64,000 bases of DNA from an uncultured virus (IMG/VR IMGVR_UViG_3300007552_000001) (lineage: Duplodnaviria > Heunggongvirae > Uroviricota > Caudoviricetes): IMG/VR virus record IMGVR_UViG_3300007552_000001; one strand, given 5' to 3'. The notes beneath the pieces were generated by a model. That model was not told where the DNA came from and searched no databases. It saw nothing but the letters and a program-made list of their open reading frames with translations. Below, piece by piece: positions 29,033 to 39,083 of this stretch (position 1 is its first letter; every line of letters starts with the position of its first letter). The translations under genes were made by a program, and so were the position numbers.

Positions 29033-30622
29033 ATGGCAGGATTTATAGAAAGAAACGGACCATTAAGTACTGGTAAAAGATCATTCACTTTAAGTGATAC
29101 ATTAAAAAGACTCTCGTCTTTCGGAATGTATTACGATGATTTAGTCTTAAGACAATCTCAGGCAATAGGTCCCGTAGAAGATGAATTTGGTTACGGCCAA
29201 ATGAATCAAATGGGTCTAGACGACGATAATATGTATGGAGCATTTGCTGCATTATCGATGGCGGACACAACAATGAGAAAAAATATTCCTTTCTTTGACC
29301 AGGGTTATGAAGGTAAAAGAGACGAATTAAGAAGATTTTCCACTCATGATGAAATAGAAGATATATTAGATATCTTATGTGATGAATCTATCGTATATGA
29401 CAATAAGAACTTTATTGGAAATCCAGAACTTATTGGAATGGATGTTTCAGAAGAAGTTACTAAATACTTAAATAAATCGTATAGAGATTTATACCAATAT
29501 TTTGGGTTTAATTCTGATCAATCTGCGTGGTATTTCTTTAGAAAATTCCTAATTGATGGATATTTGTCTTTTGAAATAATTTACAATCCAGAACAAGATC
29601 AGATTATAGGTTTTAAAGAAATAGATCCTATTACATTAATGCCAGGTTATAATAAAGATGACGGTAAAAAAGTATGGGTTCAATTTAAGGACGATCCAGT
29701 TAAGGAAAGAGTTCTATATGATGCACAGATCATCTATCTTTCTTATTCTTCAATAACCACTGCCTCGAGAGTAAGTTACTTAGAAAGACTTGTAAGATCA
29801 TTTAACTTAATGAGAATTATGGAACATACCAGAGTTATCTGGGCAGTTACGAATTCTTCTTATAGAATGAAGTTTATCATCCCAGTTGGTGGTAAATCTA
29901 AGACAAGAGCAAAACAATCTCTTGCACAATTAATGGGTAACTATAAAGAAGTTGTAGATTTTGATTGGGATTCAGCTACATTAGCAACTAATGGAAAACC
30001 AATGCTTCAGTTTAATAAAGAATACTGGTTACCATCTAAAGAAGGTGAATCTCCAGAGATTGAAACTCTAGGAGGAGAAGGTCCAGAATTATCAGATACA
30101 GAAGCACTTAAATATTTTAATGATAAATTAAAAATGGTTTCTAAAATACCATTCAATAGATTTATGTATGAAGACGGTGGTGGTGACTTTAACCTTGCAG
30201 CCGATGGTATGATTAGAGATGAAATTAAGTTTTCTAAATTTATTAAAAGATTACGTTCTTCTTTCCAAGAAATTTTAGTAAAACCGCTTCACATCCAAAT
30301 GTGTCTTAAATTTCCTGAATTCAAAGATGATGCAGGTTTTAAAACTCAAATAGCTATTCAATTTAATGAAGAAAACATGTTTGCTGAATTAAAGCAAATG
30401 GAAATCATGGAGAAAAGATTAGACTTTATATCTACAATGCAAGACTCCCTAATGAAAACCGATCCAGTTACGATGGAAGAAATGCCTTACTTCGATATGG
30501 AATTCTTAGTAGACAGATACTTAAAATTATCACCAGATGATAAAGTTTCAAACGAAGCATATAAGCAAAGACAGGCTAATATTGATGCCGAAGAACCGGA
30601 TGTTGATCCTATGGCAATGTAA
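29033..30622 (+). CDS. gp20: Portal protein
   Basis: F.IDG, SYL......N.MR.ME, YWLP..EG...EI.TL.G, RDEIKF.KFI.RLR. Confidence 0.93.
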   Translation: MAGFIERNGPLSTGKRSFTLSDTLKRLSSFGMYYDDLVLRQSQAIGPVEDEFGYGQMNQMGLDDDNMYGAFAALSMADTTMRKNIPFFDQGYEGKRDELRRFSTHDEIEDILDILCDESIVYDNKNFIGNPELIGMDVSEEVTKYLNKSYRDLYQYFGFNSDQSAWYFFRKFLIDGYLSFEIIYNPEQDQIIGFKEIDPITLMPGYNKDDGKKVWVQFKDDPVKERVLYDAQIIYLSYSSITTASRVSYLERLVRSFNLMRIMEHTRVIWAVTNSSYRMKFIIPVGGKSKTRAKQSLAQLMGNYKEVVDFDWDSATLATNGKPMLQFNKEYWLPSKEGESPEIETLGGEGPELSDTEALKYFNDKLKMVSKIPFNRFMYEDGGGDFNLAADGMIRDEIKFSKFIKRLRSSFQEILVKPLHIQMCLKFPEFKDDAGFKTQIAIQFNEENMFAELKQMEIMEKRLDFISTMQDSLMKTDPVTMEEMPYFDMEFLVDRYLKLSPDDKVSNEAYKQRQANIDAEEPDVDPMAM

Positions 30623-30634
30623 TCCAGAAAAAAG

Positions 30635-30646
30635 AATATATAAATA
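30635..30646 (+). promoter_or_regulatory. Putative late promoter AATATATAAATA (contains T4 TATAAATA)
   Basis: Motif match. Confidence 0.65.
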
Positions 30647-30649
30647 GCA

Positions 30650-31018
30650 ATGAAACACTTACAAACATTTAAAAACTACTCTAATCTAACAGAGGATGCA
30701 TTAGAGGTCGGAGACGATTCAGATGTAATAGTAGATGATATTCTTTTAGATTCAGGTGAAAAGATTAAATCTGCTGAAATTATAGGAGTAATAAATACAA
30801 GTAAAACAGAGAAAGAATTTAAAGAATATTTTTATAAAGAATACGGGAATAATGCATTTACTGAAGAAGATATGCAAACACTATTAAAGTATTTTTTAGA
30901 GGTTGAAACTGAGAAAACTGAAAAGGAAACTGAAGAAGAACAAGCCGGTGGAGATGATGGTGGAGAAGGAGAAGAAGGCTCAAGCCTAGAAGATGAATTA
31001 GGAGACTTAGAAATATAG
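30650..31018 (+). CDS. Acidic prohead core/internal protein
   Basis: MKHLQTFKNYSNLTED N-terminus; gp67/68 position between portal and protease. Confidence 0.55.
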   Translation: MKHLQTFKNYSNLTEDALEVGDDSDVIVDDILLDSGEKIKSAEIIGVINTSKTEKEFKEYFYKEYGNNAFTEEDMQTLLKYFLEVETEKTEKETEEEQAGGDDGGEGEEGSSLEDELGDLEI

Positions 31019-31047
31019 AAAAAATGAAAAATCATTATTCTTCAAAA

Positions 31048-31055
31048 GATATATA
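31048..31055 (+). promoter_or_regulatory. Putative late promoter GATATATA
   Basis: Motif match. Confidence 0.65.
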
Positions 31056-31077
31056 AACAAACATAGTATTAAAATAT

Positions 31078-33114
31078 ATGAATACAAAAAACAATCTATT
31101 AATCCTAGAAAGATCTTCTAGTGAATTAGAATTCAAACAAGATGGTGATGGGGCTTATGTCCTTGAAGGTATATTTGGAGAAATTGACAAAAAGAATAGA
31201 AATAATAGAATCTATACTGAGTCAGAATATGTTCCACAAATCGAAGCTCTTCAATCTAAAATAGGTTCTTCTAAACTTTTAGGAGAATTAGATCACCCAC
31301 AGACATTTGATGTATCTTTAAAAAACGTATCTCACGTTATTGAAGAATTATCCTATGATAGCGAAACAAAACAAGTAAAAGGTAAAATCAGATTACTTGA
31401 TACTGAAGCTGGTCGTCAGGCTAAAGCTTTGGTTGATGCTGGTGTTCCTTTACAAATTTCATCTAGAGCAGCTGGTACAGTTGAATCTAACGGGACTGTT
31501 AAAATTAAGCAATTATTTACTTATGATTTAGTTGCAGATCCTGGTTTTGAAAATGCTGAATTAAAAAGAGTTAACGAATCTTTCGGATTTGATAACGATT
31601 CTAGCATTCAAATTTATGAAATTGGAAATACAAAAGAACTTTTAACAACCGAAAATAAAACTGAAAACAAAATGGCTGAATCAAAATTCGTAAGTACTGA
31701 TGATTTTAATAAATATTCACAGTATTTATCAAGCGAAATAAAAACTATTAAAGAGGGAATGGAATCTTTAAATAGTGATGAATCTGTAAAGTCTGAAGTT
31801 GAAAGCGTTAAAGAATATTCAAACTATCTTGCTGAGAAATTAGAAAAGACTATCGAGTATTCTGCATACCTTGCTGAAAACTTAGATAATACAATAACTA
31901 CAAATAACGAAATATCTGAGAAATTAGATAATAGCGTTGCATATACTGAGCATGTTGCTGAAGGTGTTGAATCAATTAAAGAATATACTAATTACTTAGC
32001 AGAATCTTATAATGAAGGTGCAACAACTCATGAAGGCTTATTAAAGTATATTGAATACTTAAAAGAAAATTTAGAAAAAGTTACTGAATATGCAGAATAC
32101 GTTGCAGAAACAGTTAATTCTAATTTATTACTAGAAGATGAAGCTGGTAAAGAAGTTGAAGAAATTGAAGATGAAGACGATTCTACTGATGTTACTGAAC
32201 CTACAGTTGATGCTGAAGATAATGAACTAGATCATGGCGCAGAAGTTAAAGACAAATCTGACGAGTTAGAAGACGAGTTAGAAGATACAGTTGACGATGC
32301 AGGTGACGAAGAAATTTCTGAAGAAGAGGCTGCCGAAGATGTTGAAGAAACTGAAGAAGTTGAAGAAGTTGAAGAAGGAAATGCATTCGGTGCTGCAAGA
32401 GCTAAAGCAATCGCAGACGGAGAAAAAGAATTTACAGTAGACGGAGAAACTTTTAAAGTTGAAGACGTTGATGCTGAAGATAAAGAAAATGCTGAAGAAT
32501 TTGTTGAAGAAGCAACTGAAGAAGCTGAAGCAGTAGAAGAAACTGAAGAAGAAGAAGTTGAAGAAGTTGAAGAAGCTGTAGACTCATTAGACGCTTACAA
32601 ATCTGAAATTAGTTCTAAATTATCTGCTTTAATCGAAAAAGCAACTGTTAAAGAAAATACTAACCCTCATTTCTTTAGATTTATTTCTGAAGCTAAGAAA
32701 TCAGAATATAACGAATTAAATATTGAAGATCAATCTAAAGTATTAAAATCAATCGAAGGAAAAGGATTCTTAACTGAAGGACAAATTCTTACATTATGGA
32801 ACTCTTCATTAGTAAATAGCGTTAAAACTAACGAACCTAATGTTATTGAAATGATGCCAGAAGAATATAAAGAAACATGGTCTAAATTATCAGACAACAA
32901 GAAAACAGCTCTTTTAGCTCAATCTAAATACCATAAACTAGAAACTGCTTACCAAGTAAGAAACTTCTGGCAAACTAGAGATCTTAGAGATGTCAAAGTC
33001 GTTATGGAAAAAGTAGAGACAGTAAATGAAGCTGCTCCTGTTATTGAAGATAAGAAACCTTTATATGATTTAACTAATGTTAAGAAGTCTATTAACAAGA
33101 GATTCAACAAGTAA
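31078..33114 (+). CDS. gp21: Prohead protease fused to scaffold (gp21-gp22-like)
   Basis: LEGIF...NRNNRIY, GELDHP, VSH, SSRAAG, DLVADP, followed by a long acidic coiled-coil. Confidence 0.88.
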   Translation: MNTKNNLLILERSSSELEFKQDGDGAYVLEGIFGEIDKKNRNNRIYTESEYVPQIEALQSKIGSSKLLGELDHPQTFDVSLKNVSHVIEELSYDSETKQVKGKIRLLDTEAGRQAKALVDAGVPLQISSRAAGTVESNGTVKIKQLFTYDLVADPGFENAELKRVNESFGFDNDSSIQIYEIGNTKELLTTENKTENKMAESKFVSTDDFNKYSQYLSSEIKTIKEGMESLNSDESVKSEVESVKEYSNYLAEKLEKTIEYSAYLAENLDNTITTNNEISEKLDNSVAYTEHVAEGVESIKEYTNYLAESYNEGATTHEGLLKYIEYLKENLEKVTEYAEYVAETVNSNLLLEDEAGKEVEEIEDEDDSTDVTEPTVDAEDNELDHGAEVKDKSDELEDELEDTVDDAGDEEISEEEAAEDVEETEEVEEVEEGNAFGAARAKAIADGEKEFTVDGETFKVEDVDAEDKENAEEFVEEATEEAEAVEETEEEEVEEVEEAVDSLDAYKSEISSKLSALIEKATVKENTNPHFFRFISEAKKSEYNELNIEDQSKVLKSIEGKGFLTEGQILTLWNSSLVNSVKTNEPNVIEMMPEEYKETWSKLSDNKKTALLAQSKYHKLETAYQVRNFWQTRDLRDVKVVMEKVETVNEAAPVIEDKKPLYDLTNVKKSINKRFNK

Positions 33115-33160
33115 TATCTTAATATTTTAGGAAAAACGTAAAAAACGTAAATATAATAAC

Positions 33161-33168
33161 AATATATA
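33161..33168 (+). promoter_or_regulatory. Putative late promoter AATATATA
   Basis: Upstream of the major capsid gene. Confidence 0.6.
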
Positions 33169-33269
33169 GTATATCGATAATCAGATAAGAAGAAAAAATC
33201 TGACAAACATCGAGAAGATCGTTCAATCGATCAAATTTAAACAACCATTAAAAAAAAACAAATAATAAA

Positions 33270-34700
33270 ATGGCAAATTTAATTAACTCTGCAGAAGTTA
33301 GAGAAACTTGGGCTCCGATCATCGAATCAGCTACAGGTATCAACGAAGCAGAAAAACTAGCGTGGATGTCAGAATACTGTCATAACCACAAACTTTACGA
33401 AGATGCACACATCATGTCTTTAGGGACTGCTGGTAACATCTACGGTATGGGTGATGTATCTTTACCTTCTGCAACTGCAGACGGTTCAGGTGATAAAGCT
33501 CCTACATTATTACCATTAGCAATGCAAGTTGCTGCACAAACTATCGGTTTAGACTTAGTACCAGTTGTACCAATGGCTGGACCAATGGGTCTTTTATCTT
33601 ACTTAGACTTCGTTTACGAAGGTGGTAAATTAATCGGATCAACTGCTCCAACTTATGTAAAAGTATCAGGTACTAACTTAGTTGTTGGTGCTACTGCTGA
33701 AGGAGCTACCTTTGCAATTGCTCAAGGTGCTTCTAGATTAGACGGTATGGAAATTTACAAAATCACTGTAGCTGGTGAAGCGAAAGCTGATGCTGGTGCA
33801 GTTGCAGATTGTTTCTCAGCTGATAACGACGCTGATGGTATTTCTACTTTAAAGATCGAATTAGTGAAAGCTTTAGAAGATCATATTAAAGGATTCGCTG
33901 CTGCTGACAAGGATGGTAATGCATTCTCAAGAGGTGTTGGTGAACAAACTCCTGACAAAGTTATGGGTCTTTCTTTATTCTCAAAAAGTGTTGCTGCTGA
34001 AACTTTCCAAGTTGCTGCTGCAGTTACTAGAGAACAAGTACAAGATCTTAAACAATTCGGTGTAGATGCTGTTGCTCAAGTTGAGTCAGTATTAACTAAC
34101 GAATTAACTCAGTCAATCAACAACTTAATCTTAGCTAAACTTAATTCTTTAGGTAAATCTAACATTGCTCAATCAGGTGCTGACTTAGACTTAGACTTAA
34201 CTGATGGTGTATTAGGTGGTGAGACTATCGCTTCTAACCATAGAAGAATCTTAACTTCAATCCTTGCTGCTGCGAACTTTATCGCAAACAGAGGTAGAAG
34301 AGGTGCAGGTAACTTCTGTGTTGTAGGTCCTAAAGTGGCTACAGCTTTACAATCAGTTGCTGGTTTCGTTGCTAACCCAATGGCTAACACATTATCACAA
34401 GCAGCAGGTGCAATCTACCCAGTAGGTTCTGTAGCTGGTGTAAATGTATACACTGACCCAAGACAAGCATGGGAAGGTGCTGCTGACAATACTTATGAAG
34501 TAGTAGTTGGTAGAAAAGGTGATGGTAACGGTCCTGGATTAGTATTCATGCCTTACTTAATGGCTGAATCAGTACAAACAATCGCTGAAGGAACTATGGC
34601 TCCTAAAGTTGCTGTTAAATCTAGATTCGCATTAGTTGAAGCAGGTTTCCACCCAGAAACTCAATATGTTACATACAATGTATCTAACTTAGCTCTTTAA
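33270..34700 (+). CDS. gp23: Major capsid protein
   Basis: W.PI.E, VVPM.GP.G, E..QDLK, NELTQSIN, R.G.GNF, FMPY, P...KSR. Confidence 0.93.
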   Translation: MANLINSAEVRETWAPIIESATGINEAEKLAWMSEYCHNHKLYEDAHIMSLGTAGNIYGMGDVSLPSATADGSGDKAPTLLPLAMQVAAQTIGLDLVPVVPMAGPMGLLSYLDFVYEGGKLIGSTAPTYVKVSGTNLVVGATAEGATFAIAQGASRLDGMEIYKITVAGEAKADAGAVADCFSADNDADGISTLKIELVKALEDHIKGFAAADKDGNAFSRGVGEQTPDKVMGLSLFSKSVAAETFQVAAAVTREQVQDLKQFGVDAVAQVESVLTNELTQSINNLILAKLNSLGKSNIAQSGADLDLDLTDGVLGGETIASNHRRILTSILAAANFIANRGRRGAGNFCVVGPKVATALQSVAGFVANPMANTLSQAAGAIYPVGSVAGVNVYTDPRQAWEGAADNTYEVVVGRKGDGNGPGLVFMPYLMAESVQTIAEGTMAPKVAVKSRFALVEAGFHPETQYVTYNVSNLAL

Positions 34701-34728
34701 TTAGAACTAACTTTTAGATTTTAATATT

Positions 34729-34760
34729 AAAGGTCCTCTATTTTAGAGGACCTTTTTTTT
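34729..34760 (+). terminator. Intrinsic terminator
   Basis: AAAGGTCCTCTA-TTT-TAGAGGACCTTT followed by T run. Confidence 0.88.
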
Positions 34761-34780
34761 GTTTCGTTGAAACTTAAACA

Positions 34781-34788
34781 GATATATA
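34781..34788 (+). promoter_or_regulatory. Putative late promoter GATATATA
   Basis: Motif match. Confidence 0.65.
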
Positions 34789-34821
34789 GACTATAAGTTT
34801 ATAAACAAATCAATATAAAAG

Positions 34822-36249
34822 ATGAAAACATTTGAACAATGGTATAATTCTACAAAAAAGGCTAATATAATAGTTGAAGCCGCTGAAGATAATGTACCTG
34901 TAGCTAAATCATCAACTTCAATAGAATCAGATACAACTACTGTCGTAGCCTCTCCAGAAGCAACAACAGGAGAAGAGGGTTATTCTAAAATGATGCAAGA
35001 CTGTGATGATATTATTAATTCATTAAAAACACTTTCTGATCAGCTCACAGAATCAGAAGATACTCTAGTAAAAGAAGAAAACGCAATGGGAGCTGTGCTT
35101 ATGCAAGATCCTATTATCATGGGAGCAATTCTAGGATTAACGGCAATTATAGGTACGGTTGGTTTAGGTGCAAAGGCTATTAAAGATACTTCTAAAAATA
35201 AGAAGGTCATGAAGAGCGCTGAAAAAGATTACACTAAACTTAAGCAGCTAAAAATACAAACTGTTAAAATGGAAGTAGCTGTTTCTTCATTAGAAACTAA
35301 AAAAGCAGAATTAAGTACTACTGAATCCGTTGAAGAAGCCGATGCGCCTACAAAGGATGCTAAGGCTAAAGTTAAAAAGGATAAGGTAGCTGCATCAGCT
35401 AAGGCTAAAAAAGATGCTTTAGCAAAAATGAAAGTCAAATTAGATAGTCAAATATCTGCAATGACAAAAAAAAGAGACGGAATTAAACAGGCAACTTCTG
35501 ATTTTGAAGCATCAACTGAAGCTAAATATGCTGAAGTAAGTGGATTTGGATCTGGTAAAGTAAAAATCCTAATAGCAGATATAAAAGATTCTACTGCTCA
35601 GGAAATTGCAACATATAAATTAGATGCAATGGGAGATAAGATGAGTCCTGAAACTAAGAAAGATCTAAAAGAAAGAATTACAAAATCCAAACAGGCTCAG
35701 AAGGAGAGAATGGATAAAATTAAGGCCGAGCAGGAGAAGAATGCAAAAAAACTGGACGATGCAGCTGCAAATGATGAAAAGGTTAAAGCTGAATTAGAAA
35801 AAGTAAAGGCAGAGCAGGAGAAGAATAAAGCGAAAGAAACAGCGCCTGAAGAAACTCCAGAAGAAAATCCAACGGAGACTCCAGAAGAAACTCCAGAAAA
35901 AGAAGATGATTTCGATGCATTTGGAACATCGAACGACGAAGAAACTGAAGAAGAAAATCCAACGGAGACTCCAGAAGAAGAAACCGAAGAAGTCGATAAA
36001 ACAGATAATTCAAAAGAAGGTATGTCTAAAAGAGTTGATGCTGTTATTGCGAAAGCAGAAGAAAGTGGAGATGAAGCTAAAATCAAAAAGGCTAAAGAAC
36101 TTAAAGCTAAAATTCTTGCAAAAGAATCATGGCAATTAAACAATACTAAATTAGGTTTAATATTTGAATCTGATCTTAGAAAAATGGAAATGGAATCTTT
36201 AATACAGGAGTCTATTTCAGTTAAAGATCGTTTCTCTAAGTTAATCTAA
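34822..36249 (+). CDS. Putative internal head/ejection protein with one hydrophobic helix and coiled coils
   Basis: MKTFEQWYNS start; PIIMGAILGLTAIIGTVGLGA; K/A/E-rich coils; PEE repeats. Confidence 0.55.
   Translation: MKTFEQWYNSTKKANIIVEAAEDNVPVAKSSTSIESDTTTVVASPEATTGEEGYSKMMQDCDDIINSLKTLSDQLTESEDTLVKEENAMGAVLMQDPIIMGAILGLTAIIGTVGLGAKAIKDTSKNKKVMKSAEKDYTKLKQLKIQTVKMEVAVSSLETKKAELSTTESVEEADAPTKDAKAKVKKDKVAASAKAKKDALAKMKVKLDSQISAMTKKRDGIKQATSDFEASTEAKYAEVSGFGSGKVKILIADIKDSTAQEIATYKLDAMGDKMSPETKKDLKERITKSKQAQKERMDKIKAEQEKNAKKLDDAAANDEKVKAELEKVKAEQEKNKAKETAPEETPEENPTETPEETPEKEDDFDAFGTSNDEETEEENPTETPEEETEEVDKTDNSKEGMSKRVDAVIAKAEESGDEAKIKKAKELKAKILAKESWQLNNTKLGLIFESDLRKMEMESLIQESISVKDRFSKLI
35860..35979 (+). 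repeat. 30-bp direct repeat (35860-35889, 35950-35979) encoding EENPTETPEE
   Basis: GAAGAAAATCCAACGGAGACTCCAGAAGAA occurs twice. Confidence 0.85.
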
Positions 36250-36753
36250 ATTCTTTTTAGAATTTTTACGAGCTAAATTTAGAAACTCCTGTTGTTGATT
36301 CAATAGGAGTTTTTTTATGTGCTTACGAAACTCTATTGATGACTTAAGTATTCTAGCATCCACCATAGGAGCCAGTAATGCATCATGATACTCTGGATGT
36401 ACAAAGTTTTCCAAGCTAAAGTTATCAGTCTTAGATCTGATAGGTTTACCAGATAGTGCACAGACCCAATCTATCGTATTATAGTTTTCTTTAAGATCTT
36501 CCATCTTCACGAACGAATCAGTAGACCAATCATAATAATACTTATTTTTAGAGGAAGTATATCTATGTTGACATATATTGAATATGATATGAACGAACTG
36601 ATCACTTTCACACCTTTCACCTAGGATAGGATTTTCTATTAATAGTCTCTTCTGTTGTCTTGCAAGATTTGATAACTTAATTCCAAATCTATTAGAGTAA
36701 GGAGAATGAGGGGAAACCCTTTCCAATTTAGGATATTTTTTATTATATGCCAT
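36241..36753 (-). CDS. Hypothetical protein; only credible minus-strand gene
   Basis: 170 aa ORF fills a gap with no + strand ORF; Cys/His residues (CALSG...HPEY). Confidence 0.7.
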   Translation of the reverse strand: MAYNKKYPKLERVSPHSPYSNRFGIKLSNLARQQKRLLIENPILGERCESDQFVHIIFNICQHRYTSSKNKYYYDWSTDSFVKMEDLKENYNTIDWVCALSGKPIRSKTDNFSLENFVHPEYHDALLAPMVDARILKSSIEFRKHIKKLLLNQQQEFLNLARKNSKKNLD

Positions 36754-36769
36754 ATAGTATTTATTCGTG

Positions 36770-36796
36770 AAACAAAACAGCTATATTATGTATAAT
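36770..36796 (+). promoter_or_regulatory. Putative middle promoter (TG)AAAC-N16-GTATAAT
   Basis: Motif match. Confidence 0.72.
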
Positions 36797-36812
36797 TATT
36801 AAACAAATTTAC

Positions 36813-37763
36813 ATGGTTCACACACTGTTCACAGAAAAATATCGTCCAAGCAACTTAGACGAATTGATTTTACCAGAAAGAGTAATGTCAAAATTTAAAG
36901 ATGGTCTAACTCAAAATGTACTTTTAGCTGGAAGCCCTGGTACTGGTAAGACATCTACTGCGAAGGCGATTGTTAAGCAATTCGAACTTCCTTATATTTA
37001 CATCAACGCATCAACTGATACTTCAGTAGACGTTATTAGAACCAGGATTATGGATTTCTGTTCTACTATGTCTATCTTAGATGATCAAGGTAAGATGAAA
37101 ATAGTTATCCTCGATGAGGTAGATGGTGTATCTGATCAATTCTTTAAAGCGCTTCGTGCTACTATGGAACAATTTGCATCTAATTCAAGGTTTATTGCAA
37201 CCTGTAATTATGTAAATAAAATTCCAGATCCAATTCTTTCAAGGTTCGAAGTAATTAATTTCGACTTTGATAAAGAAGAAGAGAGCGAATTGACAAAGAA
37301 ATATATTAGACGAGTATATGATATATGTGGAAAAGAAGAAATGACAATAGAAAAACCAGCATTGGTTGAATTTGTCCGTAGAAACTTCCCAGATCTTCGC
37401 TCGACACTTAATAAATTACAAGGATATAAGTCAGAAGGAACGAGTAAGATTACATTAAATGATGTTAAAAAGTTTAACTCAGTCTATAAAGATGTTTTTG
37501 AATTAATCTTTAATGAAACTGACCCTGTTAAAAACTATAAGTATTTAGTAGGTGAATATTCAAATAGAACAGATGAAATACTTCAAACATTAGGAGAAGA
37601 GTTCATAGACTATATTCAATCAGAGAAAGGAAATAGCGCAAAGCATATTCCTCAAATTGCAGTAACTGTAGCAGAACATCAAGCACAAAGGGTTCACGTA
37701 ATTGACCCAGCGATAACCATGCTAAGTTGTATATATAAGCTACAAGAAATAATTAGAAATTAA
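36813..37763 (+). CDS. gp44: Clamp loader large subunit
   Basis: EKYRP, GSPGTGKT, INAS, ILDEVD, TCNY, SRF, FPDLR. Confidence 0.92.
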   Translation: MVHTLFTEKYRPSNLDELILPERVMSKFKDGLTQNVLLAGSPGTGKTSTAKAIVKQFELPYIYINASTDTSVDVIRTRIMDFCSTMSILDDQGKMKIVILDEVDGVSDQFFKALRATMEQFASNSRFIATCNYVNKIPDPILSRFEVINFDFDKEEESELTKKYIRRVYDICGKEEMTIEKPALVEFVRRNFPDLRSTLNKLQGYKSEGTSKITLNDVKKFNSVYKDVFELIFNETDPVKNYKYLVGEYSNRTDEILQTLGEEFIDYIQSEKGNSAKHIPQIAVTVAEHQAQRVHVIDPAITMLSCIYKLQEIIRN

Positions 37764-37810
37764 TTGCTGAAATATTTTTTTATCTCAGAAATTTTGCTTA
37801 TATTAGTAAT
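37761..37810 (+). promoter_or_regulatory. Early-promoter repeat copy 2
   Basis: TTTTTTTATCTCAGAAATTTTGCTTATATTAG. Confidence 0.75.
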
Positions 37811-37824
37811 ATAAAACAAAACAC

Positions 37825-39051
37825 ATGAAACTAGGAAAACATACATTGTTAATTGACGGTAACTATTTTTTACATAGTAGACTATTCGTTCTACCTAGGC
37901 CTAAAGGTAAACAATTATTAGGCGATAAAGAATCACAATCTCAACTTATGAGAAAGCTATGTATTGACTTCGCCTCAGAAGTTCGTAAAATGGCTCCTTT
38001 TGTAGATCAGATTGTTGTTGCAGTTGATGCTAAATCATGGCGTAAAGATCTTTTTCCTGATGCACAATATAAAGGAACTAGAACACATGACGATTCTATT
38101 AATTGGAAAGCAGTCTTCGGTGTTTATGCTGAATGGCAAAAAATACTAGAACAAAAGGGTATTATTATCCACCAAGTTCAAGGTGCAGAAGCAGATGATG
38201 TAATGTACGGCTGGTCTACTCAATTAAATAGTGAAGGTAAAAATTGCATTGCATGGACAGGTGATAGAGATTTAATTCAACTTGTAAACTACAATCAAGC
38301 TACAGATGCATATACTCTATGGTATTATAATTCTAAGAAAAAGCTTATTGCCTTTGAAGGTTTCGAAGATGTAATGGCATCTAGAAAAACATCTACAATG
38401 ACCAATGACGAATTGTTATTCAACATTGCCTCAGAAGAAGCAACATACGACAAGTTAAAGGAAGACTTCCAAGCATGGATGGATAAGAACAGAGTAGAAG
38501 TTCAAGAAATTAACTGTGACGACTTTGTATTCGGTAAAATCCTACAAGGTGACAAATCAGATAATATTCCTTCAGTTATTACATGGACTAAAGCTGCATC
38601 TAATGGCAAGATCAGAAACTATTCACTTACAGAAAAACACTGTGTAAAGATCTTAGAACAATATAAGAAAGAAGAAAGCGAATTTACAATAGAGCACTTT
38701 TTCAATAGAGGTCAAGTAAATAAGCTAGTAGATATTATCTATAGAGTTGTTGGTAAATCTGATCCTAAGGAAATCAGAATTAGATTTAATCAAAACCTAG
38801 ATCTAGTTCTTCTTCACTATAATACTATTCCCCTTGCAATTCAAAAAGGTATTTATAATAATATTGAAGTAGATAGAAATGTTTTACCAGAGTTCTCTAA
38901 TATCACCCAGATGGAAAAGATCTTAGAAGGAACAGATTGGATGGCAAAGAAATCACAAGGTGCTCCTAAAAGGTATGATGCCTTCGCAGGATTAAAAGAA
39001 GATAGTAGCAAGGAAAGACCTTCTACTAAGAAATTGAACGAACTTTTTTAA
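37825..39051 (+). CDS. rnh: RNase H / 5'-3' exonuclease (FEN-like)
   Basis: LIDGN, SWRK...YK..R, EADD, TGDRD..QL, GDKSDNIP. Confidence 0.9.
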   Translation: MKLGKHTLLIDGNYFLHSRLFVLPRPKGKQLLGDKESQSQLMRKLCIDFASEVRKMAPFVDQIVVAVDAKSWRKDLFPDAQYKGTRTHDDSINWKAVFGVYAEWQKILEQKGIIIHQVQGAEADDVMYGWSTQLNSEGKNCIAWTGDRDLIQLVNYNQATDAYTLWYYNSKKKLIAFEGFEDVMASRKTSTMTNDELLFNIASEEATYDKLKEDFQAWMDKNRVEVQEINCDDFVFGKILQGDKSDNIPSVITWTKAASNGKIRNYSLTEKHCVKILEQYKKEESEFTIEHFFNRGQVNKLVDIIYRVVGKSDPKEIRIRFNQNLDLVLLHYNTIPLAIQKGIYNNIEVDRNVLPEFSNITQMEKILEGTDWMAKKSQGAPKRYDAFAGLKEDSSKERPSTKKLNELF

Positions 39052-39052
39052 T

Positions 39053-39079
39053 AAACTTATAGCAAGTTTACAGTATAAT
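39053..39079 (+). promoter_or_regulatory. Putative middle promoter AAAC-N16-GTATAAT
   Basis: Motif match. Confidence 0.72.
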
Positions 39080-39083
39080 TTAT

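Noticed and set aside
32130..32580. GAA-rich tract as a DNA repeat element
   Set aside because: Explained by the Glu-rich scaffold coding sequence.
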